NCBI GenBank assembly: GCA_002269645.1
Contig: NIVC01002867.1
Span: 1-64,000 of the forward strand
DNA from: Macrostomum lignano
Taxonomy: Eukaryota
Direction: 5' to 3'
Length of the DNA: 64,000 bases
Part shown: positions 60,601 to 64,000 of the stretch, piece after piece
Layout of the letters: each line of letters starts with the position of its first letter
How positions within the stretch are numbered: position 1 is the stretch's first letter
Program-made: the position numbers and the translations under genes
Notes under the pieces: generated by a model
What the model was told of the DNA's origin: nothing
The model's input: only the letters and a program-made list of their open reading frames with translations
Databases searched by the model: none

Positions 60601-61354
60601 TGCTGTTGGAGTCGTCCCTAGATGCAGTGGCAGCAGCAGCAGAAGCCGTGGAAGCTTGAACCAACTTCAAACGCTTCTGGTAGCGCCTGACGCGTTGCGA
60701 CCAGACGCGAGTCGGCGGCCGACAGCGAAGCTGGCGCCTCAGCTTCTCCACTTCTGCATCCTTTAGTGCCACTTTGGCCTCCAAGCACTCGACATAGGTT
60801 GTCAGCTTGTTCAGCTGGTCTTGCAGTTCAGCAGCAGCAGCCTTGAAAGCAAAGGATAAGAATTGGCTTGGCACTTCAACTGCATCCATTGGCATGTTTC
60901 GATTTTCTTAGAAACTTACCTGTATGCCAGAAATCTCCTCCATTGAGATGCTCTGCCCAGTGGCATGTCGTTTTCTGCTGGTCAGAGGCTTGACTGGAGT
61001 GCTAGTGCTTGGATCAGCAATTGATCCTGGTCCAGTAGGCTCTGCATCTGACACAACTATGCCATGATCATGTTGAGCAGGAGGTTCAAATGGACTGTCA
61101 AGAAAGTCCTGTAGTACTTGTGCAGATCCAGGTCTAGAGGCTGACTTTGATAATGTTTGTGCCTTCTGCTTCAGCCTTACCAAGTACTTGTATAAGGGCC
61201 AAGTTGCTTCTGTCTGCTTAGGAGCAATGGCAGCCTCAATGACTCCAACTTCCAGCTGCTGCTGGTTGAGGGCAGCCTGAACAGCCATGCGGCCACCACT
61301 CTTAAACAGATCAAGAGCAGCCCCAATTGTCATGGAAGCTGGTAGGTCAGACAT
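57622..61354 (-). CDS. Spliced hAT-like DDE transposase (~1137 aa) with RG repeat and C-terminal Tudor-like domain
   Basis: Exons 61354-60920, 60841-60080, 59998-58958, 58862-58304 and 58238-57622 join in frame (phases 0,0,0,1). Motifs LTLMTDATS (D1), FMMTDR..VN (D2), CGMH (CxxH), GNR, NVPGERVFG (E). Confidence 0.78.
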
Positions 61355-62820
61355 GCTGCCAAGTGCCAGGCTGGAAAGTAAACTTAAGGGTAAAGCCAAG
61401 GTATATCAAACAAGACTATGTAAGCTTTTAAAAGCATTATCATTAAGACATTACAGTTGTATGTCAGTTGAATTAATTCTGAATGCTGAAAAGTTGTTAT
61501 ATCTTATCATTTATATATAAATGCAATATTACTGCAATATTAGGTAGTGGCTATGTCATATGCATTCATGGATTATATGTATTCTTATATCAAAAAGTGT
61601 GCCCAATGAAAAGTCTTTTTTAGCTATAAAAATTTGAAAAAAATGGGAAAAAATAAGACCTCTGGCAACAAAATCCATCAAGAAATAAAAAAATTATAGC
61701 AAATTGATTTTCAAAAGTTACATAATCTCGGAAAAATGATCACAGTGCCCTATGGAAAAAATACATTACGAGCTAGTACAAAAAATGTAGCACAAAATGT
61801 ACCATAACTTTTTTAATACCCAACCAATTTTTATAAATGAAATGTCACCATGCTCATAAAGCATGGATCTATATGATGAAGTACAGAAAATGGCCTAATT
61901 TTTAGTTTTAAAAACCTCACTGAAGTCCCTACCATAGGGGCCTACAATATGAATCAATATGATGGAATTATTAGTTTATTATTATTTGCAACATAGATAG
62001 CAATCTTAGAGTTGAAAAACAAATTTCTACTTTTTAATATCTCTTAGTCTTAGAAATATCTATCCTCAAAAATTTGGCTAGTTGCCAATAGGAAACCAAA
62101 AATAGCCATTGGCAACTGAATTTTGAGCCCCAAAAGCCAGCTTGCAATTGGATTTCTAACCTAAAAAAACAAATAAGGCAGAGATCTTATACTTTTAGTA
62201 TGCCTTTTTAGGTCTATTGTAAGATTTTGATAAGCCTAGGAAAACTAGGAAGCTTTTTATAAATAATCTCAATTTTGTATTTATATATATTTTTAATTGG
62301 GAGCCTATAATAATATTAGAATATTTATTATAAAAACAGTTTGTAGTTTGCCAAAAATGCAAAAGACTTCTAAAACATTTTCAAATAGATTTTTGTCTTA
62401 TTTCTTACTAATACTTCTTACTAGTTACTCTTTAACTAAGTATATTTTATTTCTTTTGGATTTTTAAAAAAGTAGGTAGCTTATATGATAGAAAAAAAGT
62501 AGGCCGTTAGTAAGCACTTGATAGAGAAAAGATAAACCAAGAGTAAGCCATGGCCAAGCTACCTAGTGGCTATAAACAAAAGAGCATATAAAAAAGGGGA
62601 GCCCAATGCCAAAGGTGGACAATAGTTTAAGAGCAAGGGTAAGAGAAGCTATTGACTAGCTTAGCTTAAAAGAAGTAATCAATTATTTTATGTATATAAT
62701 ATATGCATTATTCATATATATCTTATTCAGTCTTTATTCTCTTCAATAGGCCTATAGGCCCATCTATTATTTATTAGCTATTACAAAATACTTATTGTCT
62801 TCTTTCAGTCCAGCAAGCCG

Positions 62821-63231
62821 ATGCCAGAACAGCAGCAATCGCCCCAGAATGGCGGCAGCAGTGGCGGCGCCCTCACTGAGCAACAGCGCAAGCGGGTCTC
62901 CCTAATCCTGAACTCTGAAGCTTTCCAACGCGAACTAGACGATATAATTCAGAGCCAAGTTCGCTCCGGTGCGCATCCGGCTTCGCTCATGGCTTTGCAA
63001 CAGATCGCCGATCTGCTGCTGCCGACGGCGCGCGGCGGCGCCGGCGCTGGCTTTGGCGTTGGCTCGGCCGGGCACCAGAATTTGCCGCCCCCAATTAACG
63101 ACATTCGCGGCAGCAACGTCGGGCATTATTGCGGCGGCCGGGCCGAGCGACAGCTGCGCTGCAAGCTGGCCGCGGTGCACCGCCTGCTGCACGCCAGGGG
63201 CTGGTCGGATGGACTCTACTGTCAAGCCTTT
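62821..63231 (+). CDS. ADD: Adducin (hu-li tai shao-like), first coding exon; gene continues beyond window
   Basis: QRKRVSLILNSEAFQRELDDII...LMALQQIAD...PINDIRG...ERQLRCKLAAVHRLL..RGWS matches the adducin head N-terminus; acceptor ttcag at 62808, donor TTT|gtgagc at 63232. Confidence 0.88.
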
Positions 63232-63589
63232 GTGAGCTTTTCTTTGCTGTTTGCCTCTAGTATAGGCTTCCTAATTCTAACCTTGTTTTAGTAAATTCCT
63301 CACATCCTCGACTCGGGGGGGGGGGCGACTTATGTGACTTTACCAACTCAAGAGACTGTAAATTCTGTTATGCATCTGAGAGGGGCTGGTTTAGCCATCC
63401 AAGAGTCGTGCTAGCGCTTAACTTTCTATTCTACTAACTTGAATTAATTGATTCTAAATAGAGTTGATATATAGATTCTAACTAGCAATCTGCGCTTCCG
63501 TCGGGGAGCCAACAAAGAATGTAATAAAAATGTTTAAGTAAACTACATGTAGCTTCTGACCTCAACCTTTATATCTTAGCAATTCCCCC

Positions 63590-64000
63590 ACAATAAGCCT
63601 TGGCATCTCAGCAATTCCCCCCCCCCAAGACTTGACATCTCAGTAATTCCCCCCAAGACTTGACATATCATATCAGCAATTCCCCCCAAGACTTGACATC
63701 TCAGTAATTCCCCCCAAGACTTGACATATCATATCAGCAATTCCCCCAAGACTTGACATATCAGCAATCCCCCGTAGGCCTTGACATCTCAGCAATTCCC
63801 CCCAAGACTTGACATATCAGCAATTCCCCCCAAGACTTGACATCTCAGCAATTCCCCCCAAGACTTGACATCTCAGCAAATCCCCCCAAGACTTGACATC
63901 TCAGTAATTCCCCCCAAGACTTGACATCTCAGTAATTCCCCCCAAGACTTGACATATCAGCAATTCCCCCCAAGACTTGACATCTCAGCAATTCCCCCCA
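63590..64000. repeat. ~28-33-bp minisatellite
   Basis: ccccccaagacttgacatctcagcaatt units; the reverse complement is related to the 23930-24895 repeats. Confidence 0.9.

Overview
Repeat-dense eukaryotic (animal) genomic DNA with spliceosomal introns and GC3-rich exons in AT-rich, minisatellite-packed spacers. The style resembles the flatworm Macrostomum lignano, which is inference only. Host genes: a 5'-truncated UBASH3/Sts/TULA-like gene (UBA-2H-SH3-histidine phosphatase, 1433-15037 +) with degenerate catalytic motifs; an HR96/NR1J-like nuclear receptor (30039-32258 -); a secreted PAN-like + ALK/LTK-type glycine-rich protein (35359-38110 -) facing an inverted pseudogenised partial copy; three identical copies of a 99-aa secreted 8-Cys cationic peptide gene plus a diverged inverted fragment; and an adducin exon. 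Mobile DNA: a Phantom/MULE element with a 9-bp TSD, a Mag-like Ty3/Gypsy element with identical LTRs, a spliced ~1137-aa hAT-like transposase with a C-terminal Tudor-like domain, a deleted Merlin element, several MITEs, tRNA-derived SINEs (one CORE-like), and an unclassified 6.5-kb TIR element carrying a hierarchical tandem array. The best candidate for a new system is the amplified defensin-like peptide cassette at 40.2-53.8 kb. All calls come from manual reading; no searches were run.
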